63,339 bases of DNA from Octopus bimaculoides (Eukaryota): positions 1,572,863 to 1,636,201 of the forward strand of contig NC_069005.1 in assembly GCF_001194135.2 (NCBI RefSeq), read 5' to 3'. Each line of letters starts with the position of its first letter. Position 1 is the stretch's first letter. The position numbers were made by a program, and so were the translations under genes. Shown one piece after another: positions 49,339 to 60,759 of the stretch. Below the pieces are notes generated by a model. The model saw nothing but the letters and a program-made list of their open reading frames with translations. It was not told the origin of the DNA and ran no database searches.

Positions 49339-50290
49339 CAAGGGTCAGCTGAAAAGTTCATAGTCTGACCAAGTTACTTCCATGGAATGTGACCAAATGT
49401 GGGTTTTATTCTTTAACATATTCCCCTTTGCAGTCCACACACTTCTTCCGTCATTGTTGCAGTGTTTGGATCCCATTGATGAGGAAGCTGTCATCCTGTT
49501 GCTCAAAAAAAGACACCAACAGCAGATATGACACCATCGTCACTGCGATACTAGTTCTCAGCCAAGTGTTCTTTCATGTTGGGGAACAGATGATAGTCAG
49601 AAGAACAGAGAGTGTGACCAACCAGTTCAAAGCCATAGCCATGCACAGCAGCCATTGAAACCAAAGGTGTCCAAGCTGGAGCATTGTCCTGATGAAAGAA
49701 GACCCCTTTTCGTCAGTTTTCTTGGGCATTTTGGTCTTGATAGCCTTCCATAACTGCCTCAGCAAGTTGGTATGGTAATCTCCACTGATGGTGTGGCCCT
49801 TTTGAAGAGAGTCAATAAGCACAATGTTTTTCGTATTCCCCAAAATTGAGGCCATCACCTTCCTGGCAGTTGGTCTTTTTGGGAGCAAGGAAGAAGGGGT
49901 GTTTCCACTGCATAGATTGTCTCTTGGTCTCTGGCTCAAAGTGATGAAGCTAACACTCATCCTGGATTAGGAAACATTCAAGGAAACCAGCTGGATCTGC
50001 CTGAAACAATGTCAGGTTTTCCCTGTAATGTGATCAGCCTTGTGCACTTTCGATCAGGTGTCAGAAGACATGGCATTCACCAAGCAGAAACCTTCATCAT
50101 GCCGAGTTCATTGTACAGAATATTCTCAACTCTCTCACAGGACATGCTCATGGCATTAGCTATTTGGTTTATAGTCAACCACCTGTCATCCATCACCATG
50201 TGGGGAACATGCTCAAGGCAACACCAACTTAGCCAGAGATGATTTTTTAAAATGAGAATATCTGATATGAACTCGACTGTTCTCACAAAC
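49339..50290 (-). mobile_element. Degenerate mariner transposase
   Basis: Frameshifted WLTINQIANAMSMSCERVENIL (HTH), ..MMKVSAW, ARKVMASI and KGHTISGDYHTNLLRQL motifs; TIR-like agggtcagctgaaaagttc at about 49341. Confidence 0.9.
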
Positions 50291-50344
50291 GAGAATACTA
50301 AAAATGAACCAGACTGCTCTCAAAAATTAAGTAAAAAAACAGGA

Positions 50345-50520
50345 AAAATAGTCCAGAATCTGGGTCGTTCCCAAAATCAGTTTGTACCAGTCAGGAGGCC
50401 AAACATCTCTGAAAGTTTCAACTGAATCCATCCAGCGGTTCCTGAGATATCTTCTCCACAAACAAACAAACAACGACAACTGCAAACACTAGCTCCGCCT
50501 TTGCTAAGGCAGAGATAATA
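50345..50520 (+). mobile_element. Non-autonomous Helentron/DINE-1-like end
   Basis: atccatccagcggttcctgagatatc core, (AAAC)n, and terminal hairpin CTCCGCCTT-TGCT-AAGGCAGAG (50493-50514). A similar core occurs at about 25680-25810. Confidence 0.55.
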
Positions 50521-50742
50521 AACAAGCTTTGGATTCAACAGAAGAATCTGAATCTGCTAAATGGTTAAATTATGCTTCCATCAAACATTTGTTCTTTTGT
50601 TGATTCCTATCAAGTTATTTCAATCCTATTCTTTCAATCCAGTATTTACACTTTTTTTTTCTCTTTTATTTACACTTTATGTTGTTCAATTAATATTCAT
50701 TAGACATTTTAATTTCTGCTTCTTTTTCTTTTTACTTTTCAG

Positions 50743-50793
50743 ATCCGATCCACTTCGGGCAAAGCACGGGTCGCGTTCTTCGAGGAACTATGA
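50743..50793 (+). CDS. NF2: Merlin terminal exon, isoform-1 type (IRSTSGKARVAFFEEL*)
   Basis: Strong pyrimidine tract with CAG; ends RVAFFEEL-stop like human merlin isoform 1. Confidence 0.97.
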   Translation: MRSTSGKARVAFFEEL

Positions 50794-51684
50794 AGTAGTT
50801 CCCGGTGTTTTGCATCCCCCAAAAATTAGAGACTGTTGCACTCCCACCTCCATCCCTTTATATTTTTTCTTGTTGATTTACAGAATGCCGGGCAAGCAAA
50901 CACTTGAATAACATTGGTGGCTATGTCTATCAAGGCATATATAAATATAATTTTTTTTTTTGTTAAAAAACTTATTTTGAAAAACTAGTATTTCTTCCAC
51001 TACCTTTTCAAAATGGTTCACTTAAACCCCGTCTCCTGTTCCCCCCTCCCCCATCTCAGTATGTAACTTTTCTATGCAATCTTTGAACTGTTTATTGATA
51101 AGAAGAAGAAGAAAAAGAGGAAAAATAACAATAACAGCCACAACAACAAACTCTGCTAATTTTTTGGAAATAATGTATTAAAATATTGTATTATTTTTTA
51201 TAGAGATTTTTTTCAAATATAGATTATTATTTTTTTTTTTAATTTTAACATGGATTTTTATCCATGCTCTGCATAAATTTAAACAGATTACCATGTGCAA
51301 GCATGCACGCAAATGTTTATACACACACACACANNNNNNNNNNNNNNNNNNNNNNNNNNNNNNNNNNNNNNNNNNNNNNNNNNNNNNNNNNNNNNNNNNN
51401 NNNNNNNNNNNNNNNNNNNNNNNNNNNNNNNNNNNNNNNNNNNNNNNNNNNNNNNNNNNNNNNNNNNNNNNNNNNNNNNNNNNNNNNNNNNNNNNNNNNN
51501 NNNNNNNNNNNNNNNNNNNNNNNNNNNNNNNNNNNNNNNNNNNNNNNNNNNNNNNNNNNNNNNNNNNNNNNNNNNNNNNNNNNNNNNNNNNNNNNNNNNN
51601 NNNNNNNNNNNNNNNNNNNNNNNNNNNNNNNNNNNNNNNNNNNNNNNNNNNNNNNNNNNNNNNNNNNNNNNNNNNNNNATATAT

Positions 51685-52290
51685 ATGTCTGGTTGCCCAT
51701 GGAAACTGCGATATGCAGGTGACCTTGTTCTAGTAGCTGAATTTGTTGGAAAATTAAAAAATAAGTTCCAGATGTGAATGTAAAACCTGGAATCAAAGGG
51801 CCTCAAAGTTAACTTAGAAAAGACTGAGGTTTTAATAAGAAAAATCAACCAAGACTCAACTTCTTTCAGGAAAAATGTCTTTGTTTGGTGTGTAGAAAAG
51901 AAATTGGTAGAAATTTCATGTGGTGTACTCAATACAAATTATGAACAGGTCGGTTAACAAAATAGACTTTATGACAGGTACGCAGGAGCAATAAATATTT
52001 CCAGCAAACGGCAAATAGATTTTTTTTTTTTTCTCAAATGCTCAAGAGAATCTCTAGTGGTAGCCTCAGCAGTATTGGACGATGTTCTGAAAGTATAATA
52101 GCTCAGGTAAGACTGGGCTGGAGAAAGTTCAGGTAGTTGTCACCTGTTAGTAACAAACCTTTTGAAATGAAATGTAGACAACAAAAGGTTTGACTCTCAC
52201 GATGAAACGCAGATTATATGGTGTTTGTATATGAACTGCAGCGCTACATGGTAATGAGACGTGAGCCTGAATGGAGAGGACTCGCAAAGA
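51685..52290 (+). mobile_element. RTE-type LINE reverse transcriptase remnant
   Basis: GCPWKLRYAGDLVLVAE...NLESKGLKVNLEKTEVL, a decayed YADD motif; downstream residue of the ..LHGSETW motif. Confidence 0.85.
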
Positions 52291-53289
52291 TAATAATAAT
52301 TATTTCATAGTTTGCTGTTTTCAGATGTTTGTATATTTATATAAATATCTGAATTTTTCTGTCCAACCCACGCCAGCATGGGCAGTGGACGTAGAATAAT
52401 GATGGTGAAGATTTACGTCTTCACAGATTACAGGGATAACAAGCAGGTGTATTATTTTAATGCTTGGGGAGAATGGAAAAGTCTTTGACGTTTCGAACCT
52501 ACGCTCTTCGACAGAAAGGAATAAGAGGGAGAAAAATGGAAAGAAAAGAAAAAAATATGTGGGGATTAACGGTTCAACATGATGAAATGACAGGAAACAA
52601 ATATATATACATAGAAATATGTGTAAACATGAATATATACAAATGCATATGCACACACACATACGCACAGATATACATAAATATATATATATATATACTA
52701 TATGTACTGTGTGCTGTGTACATACATTTTGTATAATGTTACACAAATTTATGTGCCATATATTAATATACATTCAGCACATACTGTCAGAATAGTATGT
52801 ATAAACCAGCTCTTTTAGTGTACCTATGATCACATTTCCTCCCCCCCCCCCCCTGTCACAAACAAAATTCCTCTCCGTTTCCACTGGGATGAACAGGAAT
52901 GCAGGAAAGATAAAACCTTTACATTTTTCTCTCTCAGCAAATTTCCCCCTCTCCTGTTCCTGCTCTTTTCTACAACCTTCTGTGTGCGTATGTGCATGAG
53001 TGAAAGCACGTGTCTGAGTGGGTAGGGCATTCGGTTGGCGATCTTCAGGTCGTGAGTTCAGTTCCTGGCGACGCGTTGTATCCTTGAGCAAGACACTTTA
53101 GTCTATGTTGCTCCAGTCCACTCAGCTGGCAAAAATGAGCTGTACCTGCGTTTCAAAGGGCCAACCATATCACATTCAGTGTTACTTCAACTTTCACCGA
53201 AATCAAACTGTTCCTACCCGTAACACAAAGTTACATTGGGTGAATGCATTTCATACACGGGGTACACTAATGAATAGGAGATGGGTGAG

Positions 53290-53497
53290 GGCGCCACGAA
53301 CGGTACGGACCCCGGAATGCCTTCAGAGACGCATCAATGAAAACGGACACCACATGATGGATATTGTTTTCTACATTCGATTTTGACAAATGCTAATTCA
53401 ATACGAACGCATTCATGTCAATGGAATTTGCTTGCAGCTAAAATTAATGATTTTTGTGAATTTTTCAAAAACGTCCGTCCTCTCTGCTCCACCCTAT
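53290..53497 (+). mobile_element. Tc1/mariner 3' remnant
   Basis: ECLQRRINENGHHMMDIVF resembles the C-terminus of Tc1-like transposases; ends ...ctccaccctata. Confidence 0.55.
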
Positions 53498-53733
53498 ACA
53501 TGTATGTGTGTGTGTGTACATACAAGGAATGGAACGGGTAAAGCACGGACTACAACGGTTTCATAGCAAACTGATACTTGTTACATAAGTATCCTTTTGC
53601 ATACTTTAGTATTAATCGTTTTGTAATTATGGGCGGAGCTCCTCGATTTCATTCCCTGCATGCATCTATGTTTTCTCAATGGTAATGTTTTTTGTCTATG
53701 CATAAATGAAAATGTTTTTCTCAAATAAATTGC

Positions 53734-53835
53734 ACTTCTTATTTGAGGCTCTGATGAAGCTATAACATGTAACTCAGGCACTCGACTACGGGACGACTGC
53801 GTCTTGTAGCAGAAACAGCTGTAAGCTAACGAAGT
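53734..53835 (+). ncRNA. Type I hammerhead ribozyme-like motif
   Basis: CTGATGA 53751-53757; helix II GCTATAA/TTGTAGC; GAAAC-AGCT-GTA 53812-53823; bulged helix I GCT/AGC + TTA/TAA + ACTTC/GAAGT. Confidence 0.65.
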
Positions 53836-54481
53836 TCATAAGATAATCCTTTATTCCTTTGCCATCTCATTTCCGTTTTACAGCTCTCTACTCGTCTAAC
53901 ACTTCGTTCTGAAGCGTTATATATTGAATTCTACACTGGATTGCCTGTGTGTGCGCATGCGCGTGTGTATGCATAGATGCATATATATGCGCATGCTTGC
54001 ACGTAAATGTACACCCTTGCTCACGTACATATGTGTATACGTACATTCTCACGCATATATATGCTCACAAGGTTGCTCAAATATGCGTGTGCAAACATGC
54101 ATAAACTTATAATGCATAAATACACAAGCATGAGCATACCTATACACACACACACACACACACAAACATACACACACATATATATATACATACATACGTA
54201 AATATCGAACAATGAGAATGAGCGCTCAACACCGCATTGGTGGATAAAAATTCTTTATTTGTGTATTACGGTTACCGTTGGTTTCATGTTAAGAAAAAAA
54301 TCTTTGTACCTTAACAATTTTTTAAGTTGATCACATGAAGAAATGTTGTTCGTCTGCATCTTGGAGTTTTAATCCAAAATGGAGACGAACACCATTCCTC
54401 CATGTGATCGGCTTGTAAAAGTGTTAAGATATTAAGATATTTTCTTAACATGCAACCAACGGTGGCCTTAAAACCCAAATA

Positions 54482-54483
<2 letters not shown>

Positions 54484-54566
<83 letters not shown>
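54484..54566. repeat. (TA)n microsatellite of about 80 bp (one of many TA/CA/ATAC/AAT runs)
   Basis: Directly visible. Confidence 0.95.
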
Positions 54567-54570
<4 letters not shown>

Positions 54571-55253
54571 AAGAATAAAATGGAGGAAATTCAGAGGTTA
54601 ACATACATACATACATACATGCATGCATACAAATATATATGATATATATATCAAAGGCTATTTTTGTATTCCTTTCAACAAGGGGGTGCGTAGTTGTGTG
54701 TATACACACAAAAGGACAGGAGTATGAATTCACGTGTGTATAGGCATGTATACATGTGCGTGAACGTATACACTCTTTATGCATAAATGTATTTTAAGGT
54801 TTTCCTTTTAATATTTACTTAATATGAAACATGTTTTCGAAGCGTTCCACAGTTTTCCAAGATTCGACGTGCCACACCCTTATTATTCTTTGTATATAAG
54901 CGTGTGTATGTTCGTATGCGCTTGTGTGTATGTATGTTTAAGTATATGTGTGCGTGTGCGCATGTGTCCCTCTGCGTTTGTGTGTGTGTGCGTGCGTATA
55001 CGCATATGTGCCAGTGTGTGTGCGTGCACATATGTGCCTGTATGTATGTGTGTGTGCGCGTCTGTTCATATGTACCTCTGTGTATATGTCTGTGTGCGTG
55101 CATGTGTGTGCATATGTGCCTGTATGGATATGTGTGTGTGCATATAAGTATCTCTATTCTTTTATATCCTTATGCGTGTATATATGCATATAAAGATTTA
55201 AGTAAAAAGGAAAATGTAAACCCATTTAATGTGGAGAATATAGATATAGAGTT

Positions 55254-55346
55254 TCCTACAGCTGTTTCTAGAGTAGTCGAGCGTATGCATCATCAAATCG
55301 ATTAAGGATTCCATAAGTGAGTAAACCGTCATCAGAGAGGGTGAAG
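55254..55346 (-). ncRNA. Decayed hammerhead-like motif related to the 53734 copy
   Basis: Minus-strand CTGATGA (55335-55329) ... CTCGACTAC ... A-GAAAC-AGCT-GTA (55269-55257); helices I and II are weak. Confidence 0.45.
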
Positions 55347-56025
55347 TGAAAGAAATGTAAAGGCGAGGGAAAGTCTGCAATCGCGGATGTGTCGAGAATG
55401 AGGGAAGGATCAAAGTAGAATAGGAATGAGTTTGGTAGATCCATGATCGAGTGAAAAATACAGTTATAGGCAATATCCATGGGCCTGAGAACGAAATTTG
55501 CTTCGGAGGGTGCAAACTCAGGTCCAGTTTCTTTTACAAACAAGGCCGATTTTTTTTTCAGTTTTAATATTAAGACGAACACATTTATTATTGTTGTATA
55601 TGGAAAAGGAATGCTTCAAATCATTCCAAAGATTTCTCTATACTCGCTCATTGTGGCAATGAAGTTTCCCAAGAGGAGGTCCAAAGTATTTTCATTGCAT
55701 AATGTGTCATTATGTTACGGAGTCAGATCTTCAAACAGCGGCGTGTGCTGAACATTCTCTCACTTGATGCAACTGGCACGGGCTTGCAACAAAGTTCAAT
55801 GCATCAGTGACCATGGAAATGAACTTCCATTATGCAGCTGAGGAGTACATTTTCATTGCACATCTTATGTGGTGTTCTCACTACATAAATAAATGAAGTT
55901 TGTACGAAACGTACGTACTGCTATAACCTAATACATTTTTGTTGCTTTTCTTCANNNNNNNNNNNNNNNNNNNNNNNNNNNNNNNNNNNNNNNNNNNNNN
56001 NNNNNNNNNNNNNNNNNNNNNNNNN

Positions 56026-56057
<32 letters not shown>

Positions 56058-56816
56058 AAAATTATTTGTTATTTGTATACCATTTCTCCATTTTTTTCCG
56101 TCCTTGTTTTCATATACATTCTTCCAAGGAATCTAGTGCTCTAGCTTAGTTTTTCCTTGGGGTTGGTCAGATTGGAGCAATCTCGAGTATAACCAGCCAA
56201 AATTGCAATGATAATCGGGAACTTGACGGAGGAAAGAAAACTCCGAATGACCCGTCCTTGTTTTCTTTGTTGCGTCTGTCTGGATGTCTAGTTGTCTCTT
56301 TTTGTATCACCTAACTGTTTGGATGTTTTGCGTTCTTGACCTATTTTTGTATTTTTTTGTGTATAAAAATATAGCGGCGTACGTACACTTTAGTCTCTTA
56401 TACATAAATACATACATACATAACACTTATGCAGAAGTGTAATAAGTTTGTATCGAAAGACATAGTCTTCAACAAGTTGCAGTGCTAAATATAATTACAG
56501 TGTATCACGTTACTACTTTTGGAAACATTTCCAAACGAAGCCTTAAGTTGAATCAAAGCCAATACATTGCCGCTTGCAGCCTGATATTTTATTAAACGTG
56601 TTTTCCTGTAATATTTGAACTTTTAAATGAAAGTAGAAACGGGGCTATATTAGAGTATCAAGACTGTATTTTGATTCGCTTGACACACCCATGCACTTAA
56701 ACGCGCAACTCTGATATTTCAGTGTCTTATTTTAAGGAGTTAAAGCAGAGTAATATTACATGAACACGGTTTATATATATATATATATACTAGACTTACT
56801 ACCCAGCGTTGCCCGG

Positions 56817-57250
56817 TGTTCACGGACTGTTGCCATAGTAATGAAGCTAAAGCACGCAGAGTGAAGACGTTTGGCACAGATTGACCTTGAACTCTGCTGT
56901 GCATGCGCACTGAGTTTCAATGTTCTAGCTCACTTCCGCTGTTTACAGCAGTGCTTGGAAGGAAGATGTGTAACGTGTGATCGTCGCATTGACCATTACA
57001 GAGAAAGTTGACCAGAGAATCTGCTTCAGATTTTGCCAAAAGCTTAGGTGATACCTGCTCAGAGGCCTACGCAAAGTTTTTATAATATTTTCACCGTTCT
57101 CGATACAATCAAGGAAATCTTGTGCAACTGAAAACCCGAGTGTCTTTTTGGTCAGCTGAAAGCAGGCGTCTCACACCCAATTCCTCAGTGATAATGGACT
57201 GAACTGAACCGTAACTAATCTGTATATCCTCTGATAATTCCTGGATGGTG
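56817..57250. mobile_element. Rearranged mariner remnant (N-terminus on +, HTH part on -)
   Basis: Plus strand: EKVDQRICFRFCQKL at about 57000-57050. Minus strand: VTIQELSEDIQISYGSVQSIITEELGVRRL at about 57165-57255. Confidence 0.75.
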
Positions 57251-57487
57251 ACAAGGGATTGTCTATAAGCCGCTCCAGGCGCTAGAAACAAACGTCAAAA
57301 GACGCCAATGCCACCTTAAAAATTCCCCAAAAATAAAACATGGGCTGTAGTCGAGCAAAAAAAATATAATGAATTAAACTTTTAGCTAAACGTGTACAAG
57401 TTCCCGTTTTTGGAGTTTTTAAGGTGATATTTGCATCTTTTGGCGTCTATTTCTAGATCGTAGAGAGGCTTATAGCCAATCCCTTGT
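57251..57487. mobile_element. MITE with about 85-bp imperfect TIRs
   Basis: acaagggattgtctataagcc..ctagaaacaaacgtcaaaagacg..ccaccttaaaa is mirrored at 57405-57487. Confidence 0.8.
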
Positions 57488-58062
57488 TATAATTTATATA
57501 TATATGAACGTATGTATATATCTGTGTCTATATGTGTGTGTGTCGCGCATAAGCATATATACACACACATGCATTTCTATTTGCATATGTGTGTGTGTGT
57601 TTCGTATATATTTGTGCATTTGTGTGCACTGATGTCTATAAACATGTTTATGTTTGTAAATGAATGTACATATGTGTTCATTTGTGAGAAGTACTTTTGT
57701 GGATAAATTATTTATTTATTTGACATATAAAAGATAGGAATGAAGGCAGAGACAGTCGTAAATAAAATATGATCGGTGGGGGTGGGGTAGAAAGAAAGAA
57801 AGAGCTCACTGTACACACACACACACACAAAGCTACCAAATATCTCATAGCAAACCATAAAAATACAAAAACATCCTCGCATACACCCCCACACATTCAC
57901 ACGCACTGTTCATTACCTCATAAAATATGAATATTGTAACAAAAGCCTAGAGAGATTGAGACAGATATGGAGAAACGAGGCCAAGTCATTGAAGAGACCA
58001 TAGAAAGGAATCTAGTCAGGTCATGGATGCAACAAAAGCACATCAATGTGCTTTTACAGGTA

Positions 58063-58552
58063 TACGGAGTGGTATTAAAAAGTTCCCGGACTAGTTCTGT
58101 AGCGCGCCAACAGATCGCAGCACACGGCTGCGTGCGCAGTGAAAGCTAGCAGTGACTTTTACGAGGCAGTGTGGGCCGAGTGAGCTCGCTGTGCTTACTT
58201 CGTAGGTTGTGAAATTTGTGCTTTTGTGATTACGTGTTTGCAGTAATCTGCTATTTTTTTGTCATGGAGAAGAACAAAGATCCGGTGTTGTGAGATTTGG
58301 CGTTAAACTTAGGAAGTCTGCTACAAAGACATTGAGCACGCTTCGTCAAGCTTACAGCGACGAGGCAATGGGGCAATGTTTCGAGTGGCACGGGTGCTTC
58401 AAAAGCGGAAGAACGACCCTGGAAGACGATGAACGATCTGGAAGACCTTCCGAGCGTGACCCGCGGACGAATTTTCCATCCCTCAAGGCCAGACCGTCAA
58501 TCAAGAGTTCTGTGACGTTTTGAAGCGTTTGAGGGCGAAAACGACCGGATCT
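58063..58552 (+). mobile_element. Internally deleted mariner
   Basis: TA plus TIR TACGGAGTGGTATTAAAAAGTTCCCGGACT; KLRKSATKTLSTLRQAYSDEAM..FEWH..FKSGRTTLEDDERSGRPS. Confidence 0.85.
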
Positions 58553-58650
58553 GCGGCATATAGCGTAATGGTTAACAGTGCGGGTTACTAACCCCAAGAT
58601 TCCAAGTTCAATTCCAGGCAGTGCCTTGAATAAATAATAATAATAATAAT
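58553..58650 (+). mobile_element. Short tRNA-derived SINE with (AAT)n tail
   Basis: TAGCGTAATGG (A box) and GTTCAATTCC (B box), followed immediately by an AAT tail. Confidence 0.7.
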
Positions 58651-58984
58651 ATGCTCTCGCTTCCCTTCGACTAATCACGTGAAAGCGTTACAATCACATT
58701 CCCTCTACCTCACGTCATGGACGCTTCTCTCTCCCTCTTTTCTTTCTCTTTCTTTTTCTCTAATTACGTGAAAGCGTTACCAACGGGCTAAGTAACGTAA
58801 TGACAAGCAGAATTGTTATGAGATTTTCATTTAAAACTAGATCGAAGTTAGAGTGAGAAGTTTCGTGTTCGTGAAATTTTTGAAGTTCCGCGGAGTTTGT
58901 GAATTGAAATGATCGGAAGGAAATATTGAAGAACTTCAACTTTCGGCCCAAATCGAACTTCCGGCAGAGTCAGTTTATTCAGAG

Positions 58985-59645
58985 ATTTGGATGCTGGAAG
59001 ATTTGCAGCTCAGCTTCTGGATCTGGGAAATGGAAACGTTCGGCAAGGCTGTAATGGAGACATCACTTTTCCAAATGGCTGTGGCATTTTGGTCAAAACT
59101 GTAGAAGAGTTGATTACCAACGTTTATCCAAACATTGGACATAATTTTCAAGATCATGACTGGCTTAGTGAAAGAGCCATACTTGCACCAAAGAATGAAA
59201 TTGTCCAGGTTGTCAATTGGAAACTTATGCAACATTCCTCAATAGTGAGGGAAAACTTTATTTCCCAGTTGATACCGTTGTGGACCCCAATGAGGCTGTG
59301 AATGATCCTACTGAGATTCCTAACTCTTTGAATCTTCTTGGAATGCCTTCTCACAGACTGACATTGAAGAAAGAAGTTCCAATCATGCTTTTGAGAAATC
59401 TGGATCCTCCAAAGTTGTGCAATGGAACCAGACTGATTGTCAGGCAAATGCATCCGCATCTTTTGGAAGCGACAATCCTCACCGGGCAAGGAAAAGGAGA
59501 AAATGTTTATTCCAAGAATTCCACTGATTCCAGTAGACATACCCTTTGAATTCAAGAGACTTCAATTCCCAGTGAGAATTAGTTTTGCAATGTCACTTAA
59601 CAAGAGTCAAGGACAATCACTGAAGATTGTTGAACTTCACCTCAT
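58985..59645 (+). mobile_element. Helitron PIF1-family helicase pseudogene fragment
   Basis: FAAQLLDLGNG, RAILAPKN, GMPSHRLTLK..PIMLLRNLDPPKLCNGTRL and FIPRIPLIP..PFEFKRLQFPVRISFAMSLNKSQGQSL, spread over three frames. Confidence 0.93.
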
Positions 59646-59689
59646 GCAGTGCAGTGCTTTTCTCCAAAATTCTTCAAATTGGTAGGGTA

Positions 59690-59950
59690 CCAATAAATGC
59701 TTTATTATTATTGCTCTCTGTAGATTTGGGCTGCACATCCAATAAGCCCTCCGCAAGAGCTAGCTTAAAAGTCCGCACGATTCTTCCCAGCGACATCCTA
59801 ATCACATGTCTGTAAAACCAGAACTGTGACCTCTCAGTACCGAGACGTAGCAGATCAACCTGGAGAGACTCCCAGATCTCCGATCTAGGCACCCTGTTCA
59901 GTAGTAGGATTACTCCAGAGATGCTTCGGAGGAACCCCGTTTCGGCCACT
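59690..59950 (-). mobile_element. LINE 3' ORF fragment truncating the Helitron
   Basis: QFWFYRHVIRMSLGRIVR resembles the LRW.GHV.RM...R motif of LINE RT C-termini; AAT tail at about 59700-59712. Confidence 0.5.
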
Positions 59951-60460
59951 TGTATTCTCGAACATACTCTTTTGGTCGTTATCCAACATTCATGACAAAG
60001 GTGAGGCCAGGTACGAAAACTAAAATGGAGATTGCAAGCTGGGATTTTTTTAAACCAACTTCTTCACTTCTGAGGATTGAACACCGGAACTAGCGCTTTA
60101 CTGTGCTGGCACGTCCATTTCTAGCATTACTTGGACACATTGATTTTTTCCCCATATATGGTCATATAAAAAAAAGCGCGAACGTGTATAAAGATTTCTA
60201 CCGAATTATAGACGTTTCTTTTGAACTCCGTCTGTGGTAAAGCGAGCGTCTACGAAAATGGCCTTTGAAAATATTGCTGTGAAATAATGGTGTTGGAGGA
60301 ATTTTATAAGAGAATCTGAAATTAATTAACTAATTAATGTGAACATGTGCTGAAACTAATGAAAACGTAGATGGGTGGACGGGTGGGTGAGGGACATGGG
60401 AGGTGTCTTAGGGACTTGCATTAATGGTTTTTAAAGACTGGGTGTGACTTATTATTTCAT

Positions 60461-60493
<33 letters not shown>

Positions 60494-60709
60494 TATGATT
60501 GTGTGTGTGTGCATTTATAGATATATATATATATATATATATATGAATGTATGTATGTTTATATAGTATGTTTTTTATATATATATTCACACACACTCAT
60601 GGATAAATTGATAGAGACATGCATGACAAAGATATGCACGCATGTAGACATTCACATATACACGCAATCATAGATACAGGTACATACACACACACAAACA
60701 CATTCATAC

Positions 60710-60759
<50 letters not shown>

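Noticed and set aside
22068-50793. Alternative assignment as moesin/ezrin/radixin
   Set aside because: The Blue box [27 protein letters not shown], the N-terminal extension and the RVAFFEEL end are merlin features; the ERM actin-binding tail is absent.
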